Shown: piece after piece, positions 1-12,297 of the stretch
Numbering within the stretch: position 1 is the first letter of the stretch
How the letters are laid out: each line of letters starts with the position of its first letter
Assembly (NCBI GenBank): GCA_951406725.2
Contig: OX597832.1
Span: forward strand, 28,210,001-28,274,000
Reading direction: 5' to 3'
Origin: Octopus vulgaris
Taxonomy: Eukaryota
DNA: 64,000 nucleotides
Notes under the pieces: generated by a model
Told to the model about the DNA's origin: nothing
Databases searched by the model: none
The model's input: only the letters and a program-made list of their open reading frames with translations
Translations under genes and position numbers: made by a program

Positions 1-119
1 AAAGACTGGATGGTCATGGCTGGATTATGCCATTGCTGATAGGAATGGTCAGTCATGGCAGATGTGGACTTAACAAAAACAACAACAACACAAATATTTT
101 AGGGTTGTAGAACCCTTAA

Positions 120-338
120 CCCTTTAGTATTTAAACAGGCCATATCCGGCCAAAATATTTAATCTGTTTTATGTTCAAACTGACCAGATCCAGGCCCTCA
201 CACCTACCCTACAATGTTATTCTACATTAAATAATTACACCATCAAGATCTTGAAGATATGAGAAAATGCATGATTGATTCAAATCAATGTGAATCAATA
301 AATATTATGTTTGATAGAATAATCAGAACACTAAAGGG
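120..338. mobile_element. piggyBac-like MITE
   Basis: TTAA|CCCTTTAGT ... ACTAAAGGG|TTAA: CCC-start TIRs with TTAA on both sides. Confidence 0.75.
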
Positions 339-429
339 TTAAAGTACTGACTCAAACTCTGTAAAGACAGAGTCAGAGCTGAATACTGACCACAACATCA
401 CCACATGTCATGTTATCAAAGCAACTTAC

Positions 430-602
430 TTTCATGGAAACTGAGAATAGATAACGATATCTCCTGTGTCCAGGGACTGTGTTTCCTGAGACCGATGCCG
501 TAGCCAGAACGTCCAAACAGTTCTCCAGCAGTGACCAGTTCGCAATCATTTGCGGCTTCGAATTCTAAACGGGAAGAATCCCAAATAAAAGCCTGAAGTT
601 TT
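430..602 (-). CDS. GRIN1: GluN1 coding exon 14 (S2); gene continues beyond the window's left edge
   Basis: ttttgcag|A+[57 protein letters not shown]+A|gtaagt. 173 nt, contains the AFIWD glycine-site motif. Confidence 0.97.
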
Positions 603-705
603 CTGCAAAAAAGAAAAGGAAACAAAATTTTGGTTAAGGATTGAAAATCTCACAACGAAGCTTGGACAATTAATTAGGTTTTAATTACGTAAAACAGATG
701 AAATA

Positions 706-878
706 GGAGCAGGAGTGGCTGTGTGGTAAGTAGCTTGCTTACCAACCATAATGGTTCCGGGTTCAGTCCTACTGCGTGGCACCTTGGGCAAGTGTCTTCT
801 ACTATAGCCCCAGGCCGACCAAAGCCTTGTGAGTGGATTTGGTAGATGGAAACTGAAAGAAGCCCTTCCTAATATATG

Positions 879-910
<32 letters not shown>

Positions 911-1068
911 CATGTATATGTTTGTGTTTGTTCCCCCAACATCGTTTGATAACCGGTGCTGGTGTGTTTACATCCCCATCACTTAGCGGTTCGGCAAGAG
1001 AGATCGATAGAATAAGTACCAGGCTTACAAAGAATAAGTCCTGGGTGGGGGGCGATTTGCTCCACTAA
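706..1068 (+). mobile_element. tRNA-derived SINE, family A
   Basis: Head ggagtggctgtgtggtaagtagc...ggttcagtcc with A/B-box-like motifs and an internal microsatellite. Many near-identical copies in the window. Confidence 0.8.
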
Positions 1069-1371
1069 ATGACTGAGACCCTTGGCAATATCCAGCGCTT
1101 GAGAAGAAGACCCATCAAGCCAAGCAAAATCATAGTCATGGCCGATACTGGCGTCACGCAGCTAGCACCTGTGACACGTAAAAGCACCCATTACACTCTT
1201 GGAGTGGTTGGCATTAGGAAAGGCACCCAGCCTTAGAAACCTTGCCAAATCAGACTGGAGTCTGGTGCAGCCCCTCAATTTACCGGCCCCGGTCAAATAG
1301 TATAACCCATGCCAGCATTTACAACAGAAGTTGAATGATGATGATGATGATGATGATTATTGTTATTATTA

Positions 1372-1430
<59 letters not shown>

Positions 1431-1872
1431 CATCATCATCATCAAACTGGTGTTTAGAACACAACATGAAATAATAGAAGGTTTTAATTTAGATCACTTC
1501 AAGATAGGAAGTTGGTGCCAGAAAACCAGGGATGGTCTCAGGCAATTTAATACCAGAAGAATCAGAACTTCAACAGCAACAACAATTAACATTTCAAATC
1601 CAAGACACAATTTTATTCATCCCTCCTCGTTTGTTTATTGATTAACTCTTTTGTTACCATATTTGGTATCTTAGAACTTCTTCTCTGACTGATCAACGAC
1701 AACCCTCTTAGCCTCAAGCTGCTGTTCACTCTGACCATTATCAGCTGACCAATGTCGACCAATGAAAATCAAATAGGAAGGCATGCATCATGTTTTACAT
1801 TCTTTGAATAAGGATTGAATGAATCACCAACTTTTGAAGAAATATGTTAAGGAAGTCTAAGATTAAATTCAA

Positions 1873-2347
1873 CACTTTTGTTACCATATTTCTGTTGAGA
1901 TGCTCTGTGTTTCTTTCAATTAATTTTGAATATAACAAAGAATTTAGCAAAATAGCTTAGTTATCATTAAGCTAGTGTTACGAACATAAATTGTGACTAA
2001 AGTTTGGGGGAAGATTTTAATTCAAAACTTATGAAAACAAGACATTTCTTCTACAGAGCCAGAAACGGTTTTAGCCAGGTTGATATCAAAAAGGTTAAGA
2101 ATTGTTTCTCTTTTATACATTTTAACCCTTTTGTTACCATATTTCTGTTGAGATGCTCTGTGTTTCTTTCAATTGATTTTAAATATAACAAAGAATTTAG
2201 TAAAATAACTTAGTTATCATTCAGCTAGTGTTACGAACATAAATTGTGACTAAGGTTTGGTGGAGGATTTTAATTCAGAACTTATGAAAACAAGATATTT
2301 CTACTACAGAGCCAGAGGCGGTTTCAGCCGGGTTGGTAACGAAAGGG
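1873..2347. mobile_element. Tandem dimer of a ~222-bp piggyBac-like MITE
   Basis: Two units (c)cttttgttacc...ggtaacgaaaggg|ttaa separated by the spacer gaattgtttctcttttatacatt. Confidence 0.75.
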
Positions 2348-2550
2348 TTAATGCAGTTGGAATAAAGTTTGTAACGGTCACTTTGTAGAAAGTAAACAAA
2401 TGTAAATATATTTTGTTATTATCTTTGTAAACCAAAATAAGAAAGAAAATTACACTGATATGTTTCATGGAAGGTTGGCCACTCTTCAGACAACAAACAT
2501 CCATCACTCTTAATACTTGCAACAAGGGCTTCATGTGTATGTGAGAGTTT

Positions 2551-2611
<61 letters not shown>

Positions 2612-3134
2612 AGCGTGTGTGTGGTCATAACTACTGGGAATATAACAGCTAAATGTTGTATTATTTTAACATGGGGTAACTGTTTGTATATGATTGTATA
2701 TATCTATGTTTGTGCAATAAACAACAGATATGCATTTGCGTAGAAGTATCTGTGTGTGTGTGTATGTGTATGTGTGTATGTATGTGTGTATCTGTGTGTG
2801 TGTGTATTATTCAAAAGTTTGATTTGGCTCCATGCGACTTAAAGTTTCAAGGGCTTCTAACAGAAACCCATCTCTTTCACACTTCAGATTACCAAATACA
2901 CACACACACACACACACAAGAGTGCATACCTGAATTTTCTCATGTATTTATGTATTTTTGTGTGTGTTTAGTGTGTTTATGTCTCTGTATGTATGTGTCG
3001 CTATCTATATGGGAATGCCTACATATATCTTGAAATACATGTACCAATGAGCATATACGTCTGTGTGACTGTCTCTATAGAAACCCAACCCTCTCACCCC
3101 TATCTATAACAGTGGACAGTTCCAAACAACATAC

Positions 3135-3292
3135 CCTTTCCGCACATCATCAATAGCTTCCTCTGCGGTGTTGTAATTACGCGTCTCCATTGTCCGATAC
3201 ATGGTGGACAATTCCACTTGTCTTTTGAAATACATCTCCACAGCGCTCTTCTTCACTGTGGCGTATTTGAAGTTTTCCTGGGGATTTCGAAG
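3135..3292 (-). CDS. GRIN1: GluN1 coding exon 13 (S2)
   Basis: cgtttcag|[52 protein letters not shown]+GG|gtatgt. 158 nt. Confidence 0.97.
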
Positions 3293-3418
3293 CTGAAACG
3301 ACAAAGGGGAAACAAACAAGAGAACAATGAATGCCAGACATTTCTACAGGGGTCACAGAAACGGTAAACACCTCCATGTGTGTGTGTGTGTGTATGTGTG
3401 TGTATATTCATTTTATGT

Positions 3419-3650
3419 CGGCGAGCTGGCAAGAAACGTTAGCACGCCAGGCGAAATGCGTAGCCGTATTTCGTCTGCCCGTTACGTTCTGAGTTCAAAT
3501 TCCGCCGAGGTCGACTTTGCCTTTCATCCTTTCGGGGTCGATAAATAAAGTACCAGTTTCCCACTGGGGTCAATGTAATCGACTTAATCCCTTTGTCTGT
3601 TCTTGTTTGTCCCCTCTATGTTTAGCCCCTTGTGGGCAGTAAAGAAATAC
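3419..3650 (+). mobile_element. SINE family B (ggcggcgagctggcagaa head)
   Basis: Contains the gagttcaaattccgccgagg B-box-like motif. Further copies at ~18765, 20182, 24375, 35588 and 63560. Confidence 0.8.
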
Positions 3651-3949
3651 ATTTTATGTCTGTTTTTTTAATGCTAGCATGGGTTAGATGATTACATAAT
3701 ATTGAGGCACTGTTTTGCAACTGGATACCCTTCCTGTCACTGATCCATACCTGTTTCTCAAGTAAGGGATTTGTTTTCAATTCCACAGGGTTTTTGAAAA
3801 TGCAAGGCTAATGGATGACTCGTCGACAGGGAATTGTCAAACTTCGCTATTCACAGCTCACCATTCCTTGAGATTGTTTATATCTTGCAAAGCACAGGAA
3901 GAAAATGCTTACAGACCACATGTGACTGCACACACACACACACACACGC

Positions 3950-3980
<31 letters not shown>

Positions 3981-4302
3981 TGCACGCACACAGACACACA
4001 TGCATACATGCACACACACACACGCACACATACATGAACACATACACACATGAAAACACACACACATGCACACACACGTGTGTACACATGTCTGTGTGTG
4101 CCCATGAGCATGTATGCTTGTATGTATGTGTGTGCCTGGGTATTAGGGTGTTGGGCTCACAAACATAAGGTCATGGGTTCGATTCCTGCTCCAGGTGGTT
4201 CAGTATATCCTTCAGCAAGACACTCCATTTCACATTGCAAATGAGTTTCAGCTGAGGGTCACTGCAACTCTCCCTCCCTCCATCCCCTCTCTCACTCTTT
4301 CG

Positions 4303-4337
<35 letters not shown>

Positions 4338-4872
4338 CCTATCTATCTATATACTATATATATATATATATTCTTTTACTTGTTTCAGTCATTTGACAAG
4401 GGCCATGCTGGAGCACTACTTTTTAGTCAAAGAAACCAAACCCTGGACTTATTCTTTGTAAGCCTCGTACCTATTCCACTGAAGCGCTAAGTTACAGGGA
4501 TGTAAACACACCAACACCGGTTGTCAAGTGATGGGTAGTGGGGACAAACAGAGACAAAAAGACATACATGGGAAAGGAGGAAATATCTCTGGTGGGGGAA
4601 CAGAGTGACCCCGCAGAGTGTCCGTAGCAAAATATGACCCATTGAACTAGTGCTTAGTGGACACACAGACAGACAGACTGACACAGAGCAACGACTGTTA
4701 TTAGTGAGGACAAACAGACATTAGAACCCTTCATCTGTGTTGTGTGTACTCTTTGGTAGTCATGGAACTGTTCAGTGCCGTTTCTATGGCAACAGTGTTT
4801 CTCTCTTATCATCTTTATCACCGGACAGACCTGATGCAGATAACTGATGACATGAGGTTGAAGACACAGCAG

Positions 4873-4926
4873 TGGAAATGGTGGTGGTGGTGGTGATGGT
4901 GATGACGATGATGATGGTGGTGGTGG

Positions 4927-4958
<32 letters not shown>

Positions 4959-5340
4959 GTGATGATAATGATGATGATGATGATGATGGTGATGATAATG
5001 ATGATGATCGTGATGATAATGATGATGGTGATGGTGTTAATGATGATGATGATGGTGGTGGTGTTGATGGTAATGGTGATGATGATGGTGATGATGATGA
5101 TGATGATGATGATGATGGTGGTAATGATGATGATGATGATGATGATGGTAATGATGATGATGATGATGATGGTGGTGGTAATGATGATGATGATCATGAT
5201 GATGGTGATGATGGTCTTGATAGTGGTGATAAAGACGACAATGCTGATGATGGCGATGATGATGATGATAATGCAGATGATAAAGATAGTGGCAATGCCA
5301 AGGGTGACGATGATGATGATGATGATGATGGCATGATGGC
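4873..5340. repeat. (GAT/GGT)n trinucleotide tract
   Basis: Direct reading. Explains the poly-M and poly-I ORFs. Confidence 0.95.
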
Positions 5341-6069
5341 CAGCCATGAAGAATTATTACTAAACTATCTTCTTGCTATTCTCAAACCCCTCTCCCCCCA
5401 CTTCTCCCTCCTCTCCCTGTCTCCATCTTCCTCTTCTCCTTGGACAGTCTTGAAATTAAAGAAACACAAGTTTCCTTTCCACTCCCCCACCCTCATGACC
5501 ATTTCCCCCCCCCCTATCTTTTTCTTATTTCCATGGTAACAAGACGACAGTTTTGAGCACAAAAACTGTAATTTACAGTTGCTTCTGCCAGACATGAGAC
5601 ACGCATACATACACACACACACACACTAACACATATACACACATACATACATGCACACACATACATGCAGACATACACACACATACGCACACTCACACAC
5701 ACACAAACACTAACATATATACACACATGCACACATACACACACATGCATGCACATATATACACTAACACATACACACACACACATGCACACACATACAC
5801 GCATACATACATGCAAACGCATGCAGACATACTCACATACATATACACACACTCTCACACACACATGCACACAAACACACACACGCATACATACACTGAA
5901 GCAGAGAAGTAAACACACACACACACACATGCACACAGACACAGAGCATGCAGAGCCACGTCGATGGATTAGTGTGTCTCCAGTCATCTTCAGAGTTAAT
6001 CCTTTAATCCCCCGTATGGTTTCACAACTCACCAATTACTGCAGAACAAAAACCAAAACGGTTACTTAC

Positions 6070-6218
6070 ACGAGGATCGTCAATTCCAGAAATAGAAGCT
6101 TCAGGTCGGTCTAATACGAGGAATGCAGCCAAGTTTGCGGTGTAAGAGGCTACGATTATCATTGCAAAACCTGCCCAGACCATTCCTAGAACACGGGCAC
6201 TAAAACTGCGGGGTGTAC
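6070..6218 (-). CDS. GRIN1: GluN1 coding exon 12 (M3, SYTANLAAF gate)
   Basis: cacctcag|(G)[49 protein letters not shown]|gtaagt. 149 nt. Confidence 0.98.
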
Positions 6219-6469
6219 CTGAGGTGAAAAGAGGAAAATACGATAAAAAAGGGAGAAGATTTGAAGGAAAAAACAATGGAGACATTTAACAGGTGTAGTT
6301 GTAGCTGTGTAGTTAAGAGGTTTGGTTTGTAACCACAGGGTTTCGGGTTCAGTCCCACGGTGTGGGATTTTGTGCAAGTGTCTTCTGTTATTGCCCTGGG
6401 TTGACGATGGGTCAACCAAAGCTATCTATACAAACCACTAAGCCATGCGCCTTCACAGGTGTATATGTA

Positions 6470-6510
<41 letters not shown>

Positions 6511-6764
6511 CATCATCATCATCATCATTTAATGTTGGCTTTCCATGCCGGCATGGGTTGGACCACACCATTGTGTCAGCTGGGAATGGTGTGGTCCAAC
6601 CCATGGCTTTATGGGGTGGTTGATGTTGGGAAGGGCATCCAGCCGTAAAAACCATACCAAAATGGACACAGAAGCCTGGTGTAGCCTTCTGCCTGACCAG
6701 CTCCAGTCAAACTGTCCAATCCATGCCAGCATGGAAGGTGGGTGTTAAACGATGACGATGATGA

Positions 6765-7192
6765 TGGATGGATGTATGTATGTATGTACATATGTATGCA
6801 TTTATGTATGTATGTATGTATGTGTGTATGTATGTATGTGTGTGTATATATGTATGTATGTATGTATATATGTATGTATATATGTATGTGTGTATGTATG
6901 TATGTATGTATGCATGCATGTATGCATATATGTATGTATGTATGCTTGTATGTATGTATGTATGTATGCATGCATGCATGCATGTATGCATGTATGTATG
7001 TATGTATGTATGTATGTATGTATGTATGTATGTATGCATGCATGCATGCATGTATTATGTATGTATGTATGTATGCTTGTATGTATGTATGCGTGTATGT
7101 ATGTATATATGTATACCTGTATGTACGTCTGTATATATGTGTGTATGTATGTATGTATATATGTATACCTGTATGTATGTATGTATGTATAT
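6765..7192. repeat. (TATG)n microsatellite
   Basis: Direct reading. Similar tracts at 43210-43550, 50715-51090, 57055-57230 and 58170-58345. Confidence 0.95.
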
Positions 7193-7797
7193 GCTTTCAT
7201 TAATTTGGAGAGTTTTTGGCTAAAATATTAAATCTGTAGACTAAAAATATTTTGTTCCAAAGTTATTTTTAACTGGCATAGAATCCTCTTTGGACTTGAA
7301 GTCTCCTTCGGCTTTGATTAAAAAATAATTACATATCATATATATATATCCTTCTACAAAAGTAAATTTGTGTTTGACAGTCAGAATTTAATAGAAATTA
7401 TCTGATCTGCTGTATTAATTTTACTTTCACACTAATTGGCAAAAATGCATTCCAAGACCACATGATATATTTGGGATATTGACTAAAGAATGAACATCAT
7501 GATTAAAAGAACATGTGTGGTTCTGATGCTACCGAAGTTGGTGAAACCCAACTAGGTCAGAATCACAATTCTTTATTTGTTAGAACCACATGTTCTCTCT
7601 TGGGGCTATAATTGTAGCAAAATTGTTTTAGAGTAAAAAATAATTCTTTATACACACACACTCATATATATGTATTTATATGTGTGTTATATCTATCAGT
7701 CTGTCTGTCTGTCAATCTACCCATCCATCCATCTATCCATCCATCTATCTATCTATACATATATAGATACACACACACACACATACATATGTATAGC

Positions 7798-7849
<52 letters not shown>

Positions 7850-8659
7850 TTTTTTTTACGGAGTGGTTAGCGTTAGGAAGGGCATCCAGCTGTAGAAACA
7901 TTGCCAGATAAGACTGGAGCCTGGTGCAGCCTTCTGGCTTCCCAGATCCCCGGTCGAACCATCCAACCCATGCTAGCATGGAGAACGGACGTTAAACGAT
8001 GATGATGATGATGATGATGAATAAGATAAAAAAACCAAGGCTGTGTAGATATTAGAGCATTTATAGATAGAAGGTCTTACAGCTGTTTCTAGGATATTAA
8101 TTAATAATTAGTTTAAATGACTTAACTATCCTCTCACACCGTCTCCTTGGTCGTTTATCTTATTACGCAAAAAATTCATATATACACACGCTGACATAGA
8201 ACCAGCATTGAACCCCTTATTCGCAATATTACCGAATCTGGAACTGAACTATGGTCTGTCTATAGCACTTCTTCAGCATTACCTGACACCTTTGAGTCTC
8301 AATGACACCATTATCTCTTATATATATCATCATCATCATCGTTTAGCGTCCGCTTTCCATGCTAGCATGGGTTGGACAGTTCAACTGGGGTCTGGGAAGC
8401 CAGAAGGCTGCACCAGGCCCAGTCTGATCTGGCAAGTGTTTCTACAGCTGGATGCCCTTCCTAATGCCAACCACTCCGTGAGTGTAGTGGGCATGAGGTG
8501 CCGAACGAGGCTGGCAAACGGCCACGATCGGATGGTGCTTTTTACGTGCCACCGTATGGGCGACGCTGGCAACGGCCACGTTCGGATGGTTTGCTTACAT
8601 ACCACCGGCACTGGTATCACAGCTGCAATTTCCATTGATTTCGATTTTGATCGAAAATC

Positions 8660-8698
<39 letters not shown>

Positions 8699-8984
8699 CA
8701 AGTGAAGGTGCATGGCTCAGTGGTTAGAGCGTGAAGCTTACAATTGTGAGGTTGTAAGTTTGATTCTTGAACCAGGTTGTGTTCTTGTGTGCCATGCAAT
8801 GGAAATGAACCTAATACTTCCGAATTGGAAAGTGAATTCCTTAACTACAGAGACATTCTGGACAGCAGGGTGTGATTTTGAGGGAGATTTGGGTATTATT
8901 TCTAGCAGGTGAGGCAACCACCAATTGACTGCCTTGGTCAGAGAAGGAGTTTATTGAATATCAGGGTGAGACGACAACAATAAT

Positions 8985-9530
8985 ATTGATGATGGTGGTG
9001 ATGATTATGATGGCAGGGATCAAGGAGGAAGGCGACAACGGGAATGGTGATGAGGATGAGGATTAAGAAGACAATAATAATGATGGTGATGATGATGATG
9101 ACGATGATGATAATGATGGTGATGATGATGATGACGATGATGATGATGATGATAGTGATGATGATAATGATGATGATGGTGATGATGATAGTGATGATGA
9201 TGGTGATGGTGATGATGATTATGATGATGATGGTGATGATGATGATGATGATAATGATAATAATTATAATAATGATGATGATAATAAGATGATGATGATG
9301 GTGATGATGAAGTTGATGCTTGTGATGATAATGATGCTGATGGTGATGGATGATGATGGATGATGATGATGATGATGATGATGATGGTGATGATGGCAAT
9401 GCAAATATCAATGTTGATAAACAAAAGGATGATGATAACATTAAAGATGATGATGATGATGATGATAGTGAGAAGAATGGTGATGACAATGGCAAGAATG
9501 ATAATATTGATGACAGCATCAATGATTGAT
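8985..9530. repeat. (GAT)n trinucleotide tract just downstream of the pore exon
   Basis: Direct reading. Confidence 0.95.
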
Positions 9531-9581
9531 AATAAAAAAACCCCCATCGGCTGCTGCCGCTGCCGCTGGTGCTGTTGTTAC

Positions 9582-9816
9582 CTTCTCCAATTCCACTGTT
9601 GAGTAAAACACCCCAAGCGAACCACATGGCACTGGACAGATTCAAAGCATCTTCCTCCGTGTCATCACTTTTGGCCAGTTTGAATCGGCCAAATGGGCTG
9701 AACCTGTCTAGGAGATAAAGAACCAGTGCCACAACATGCACCGACAATCCTACTAAGATCCATAACGTGTCTTGAAATGGTTGCAGGAATGACGCCAAAC
9801 TCGAGTCTTTTCTTGT
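9582..9816 (-). CDS. GRIN1: GluN1 coding exon 11 (M1 and M2 pore loop, N site)
   Basis: ttttccag|[45 protein letters not shown]...[19 protein letters not shown]+G|gtaaca. 235 nt, Asn at the Q/R/N site. Confidence 0.97.
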
Positions 9817-9922
9817 CTGGAAAAAGAAACAAAAGAAGGAAAATGTAACCAAATAGACTGGAATCGACATTGAGGCACCACGGGGTGAGATTTCAGTATG
9901 GCACAACAATGTGACGCCTTAA

Positions 9923-10397
9923 CCCTTTCGTTACCGTATTTATTTTGAGATGCTCTGTATTTCTTTCAATTAATTTTAAATATAACAAAGAATTTAGTAA
10001 AATAAGTTAGTTATCATTAAGCTAGTGTTAGGAACATTAATTGTGACTAAGGTTTGGTAGAAGATTTTAATACAGAACTTTTGAAGACAAGACATTTGTA
10101 GTACAGAGCCAGAAGCACTTTCAGCCGGATTGGTATTGAAAGCGTTAAGAATTGTTTCTGTATTATACATTTTAACCCTTTTGTTACCATATTTTGGTTG
10201 AGATGCTCTGTGTTTCTTTCAATTAATTTGAAATATAACAAAGAATTTAGTAAAATAACTTCGTTATCATTAAGCTCGTGTTAGGAACATTAATTGTGAC
10301 TAAGGTTTAGTGGAAGATTTTAATTCAAAACTTGTGGAAACAAGACATTTGTACTACAGAACCAGAGCCGGTTTCAGCCGGGTTGGTAATGAAAGGA
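9923..10397. mobile_element. Tandem dimer of the same piggyBac-like MITE
   Basis: TTAA|ccctttcgttacc ... ggtaatgaaagga|TTAA, two units with nearly the same spacer as at 2099-2121. Confidence 0.75.
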
Positions 10398-10583
10398 TTA
10401 ATGTGGTATCTCAGGGTGGCACTGCAGTGTGTCTCCACATTGTGTAGCCCCTAGTGTGGCATGTTAATGTGACACCTCGATATGACACCGGAACATGACA
10501 TCTCAATTTAGTAAAGATGGTGTTAGAAATGGTTTCCGGGGGTAAGGCTGCATGTAAATGATGTAACAACACCATGTGGTTGT

Positions 10584-12297
10584 TATTGAAGTTGGGTGGG
10601 GGAGGGTAAGAAAAAGGGTGATAATGAAAAGGAAGAGGGGAAGTAATTAAAAATTGATGACCCCCACCACCACCAAAAAAAAAAATGTTCCGTTAAGATA
10701 TCGCAAAGGATGTCACATAATATCACTTTATGATATTTCTTGCCAACATCCCACATGTTCTTCACAAGCACAACAGCCTGTTTCACTACCATGTGGCATG
10801 ATAACTTTTACTTCACTGCACAAGTCATTTTCGGGTTGGTCAGGAATTAGAACCTTTCAACAACAAGTCAACACAATTGAAACAATAATTCTGTAGAATT
10901 CTTAGATTGTTGATTACAAAAAGTTCTGTACTTAAGCTTGCAAAGACAGGGAAAGATATCATGCTGGGCCTCATGTCGTAAAACTATAGTGGAATGTCTG
11001 CAAAAATGTTAACCATTGTCCATAAGGTCAAGTAATAAACATAAGAACGACTGTTTAATAACAGGAAGCGAATGAAGAGCAGGTTCCTGCCCGAATATGG
11101 TCGGTATGAGAGGAAATGCCTTTTCGCTCATTCATCTACAAATACTCTGCAAAGTTGGCGCTCAAGATGAGCCGATTTATAAACACTGAAACAAGACATT
11201 CCAGAAGGATCTAGAATCCTTTCTACTAAAGGCACAAGGCCTGAAATTTTTTGGGGGGAGAGGACTAGTCGATTATACCGACCCCAGTATTTCACTGGTA
11301 CTTATTTCATAGACCCCGAAAGGATGAAAGGCAAAGTCAGCATCAGCAGAATTTGAACTCAGAACATAGCAGCAGACAAAATACCACTAAGCCTTTTGTA
11401 CATCGTGCTAACGATTCTGCCAGCTCACCACCTTCCAGAAGGATCTAGAACGATCTGTCAAGTAAAGTCCGGCTGCTGACTGGGGCCTTAACTCAGCCAT
11501 GACGTAAAATTCATAATCAGATAACTTAGTTTCGAGTCTTGCGACAATGGTAAAGTGATGGACTCAATACCAGGAAGTATATAATGCTGTCTTCTTGTGT
11601 TCGTAGTTTCAATCCTGCCGAAAGTAACTTTCATTTCCATTCTTCCTAGAAACAGTCTAGTGTGAATGGTCATTCTCCTGGTCAAGACAAGTTCTGTGGC
11701 AAGGCTCCACTGTTTTTTTATTTATTTATTATTACTACTTTATCTATCTTTTGAAATTCTTGTACTCTTAAGAATTTTGTACTCAAGGGCAACCACCCCT
11801 ATGGCTCTGGCTCTGCCCATGCTACAGTACTGCCTCCTGGGGCAATAAAATCCATACCAGCCATGTAGAGGCATGATCCAGTTTACTGTACTCTGCACCC
11901 ATGCTATCCACCCCCTACATGTTTGTGATCTTGTGTTGGTGTTTGATGCTACATGGTGGTGAAACACAGAGCAGTGAGCTTGTGTTCTTGCAATGTCATG
12001 TGATGGTCAGACACAGAGCAGGGACCGTGTGGCTGAGGTGTGGTGCTACATGACAGCAAAGACATGGCGCAGTGATAATGTGCTCATGTGAGATGCCACA
12101 TGGTAGTGAAACAGGAAGTTATGATTGCAAAGAACATGTGAGATGTTGGCAAGAAATATCATAAAGTGATATTATGTGATATCCTTTGTGATATCTTAAT
12201 GGAGGATATTTGTGGAGGGTGGAGATGGGGGTGACCAATTTTTAATTACTTCCCCCTCTTCCCTTTCACTATCACCTTCCCCCACCCAACTCCAATA
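10584..12297. repeat. ~210-bp inverted repeat arms (10584-10799 and 12093-12297) around a ~1.3-kb spacer
   Basis: e.g. tcacataatatcactttatgatatttcttgccaacatc versus gatgttggcaagaaatatcataaagtgatattatgtga. Confidence 0.9.
11217..11432 (-). mobile_element. SINE family B with 18-bp target-site duplication
   Basis: TTCCAGAAGGATCTAGAA at 11199-11216 and 11433-11450. Confidence 0.85.

Noticed and set aside
706-790. tRNA genes at SINE heads (also 31378, 61568, 62605)
   Set aside because: A/B-box-like heads continue into shared SINE bodies and tails, some with TSDs. No clean cloverleaf or terminator.
8938-9581. Ser/His/Ile-rich extension of the 323-aa ORF after the pore loop
   Set aside because: Read-through past the donor at 9581 into a (CAT)n tract. 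Exon 12 continues the conserved protein in the correct phase.
9300-9620. GRIA2-style exon-complementary sequence for the Q/R/N site
   Set aside because: I found no sequence complementary to the LLNSG codons in the adjacent intron by eye. A folding run would be needed to exclude an imperfect one.
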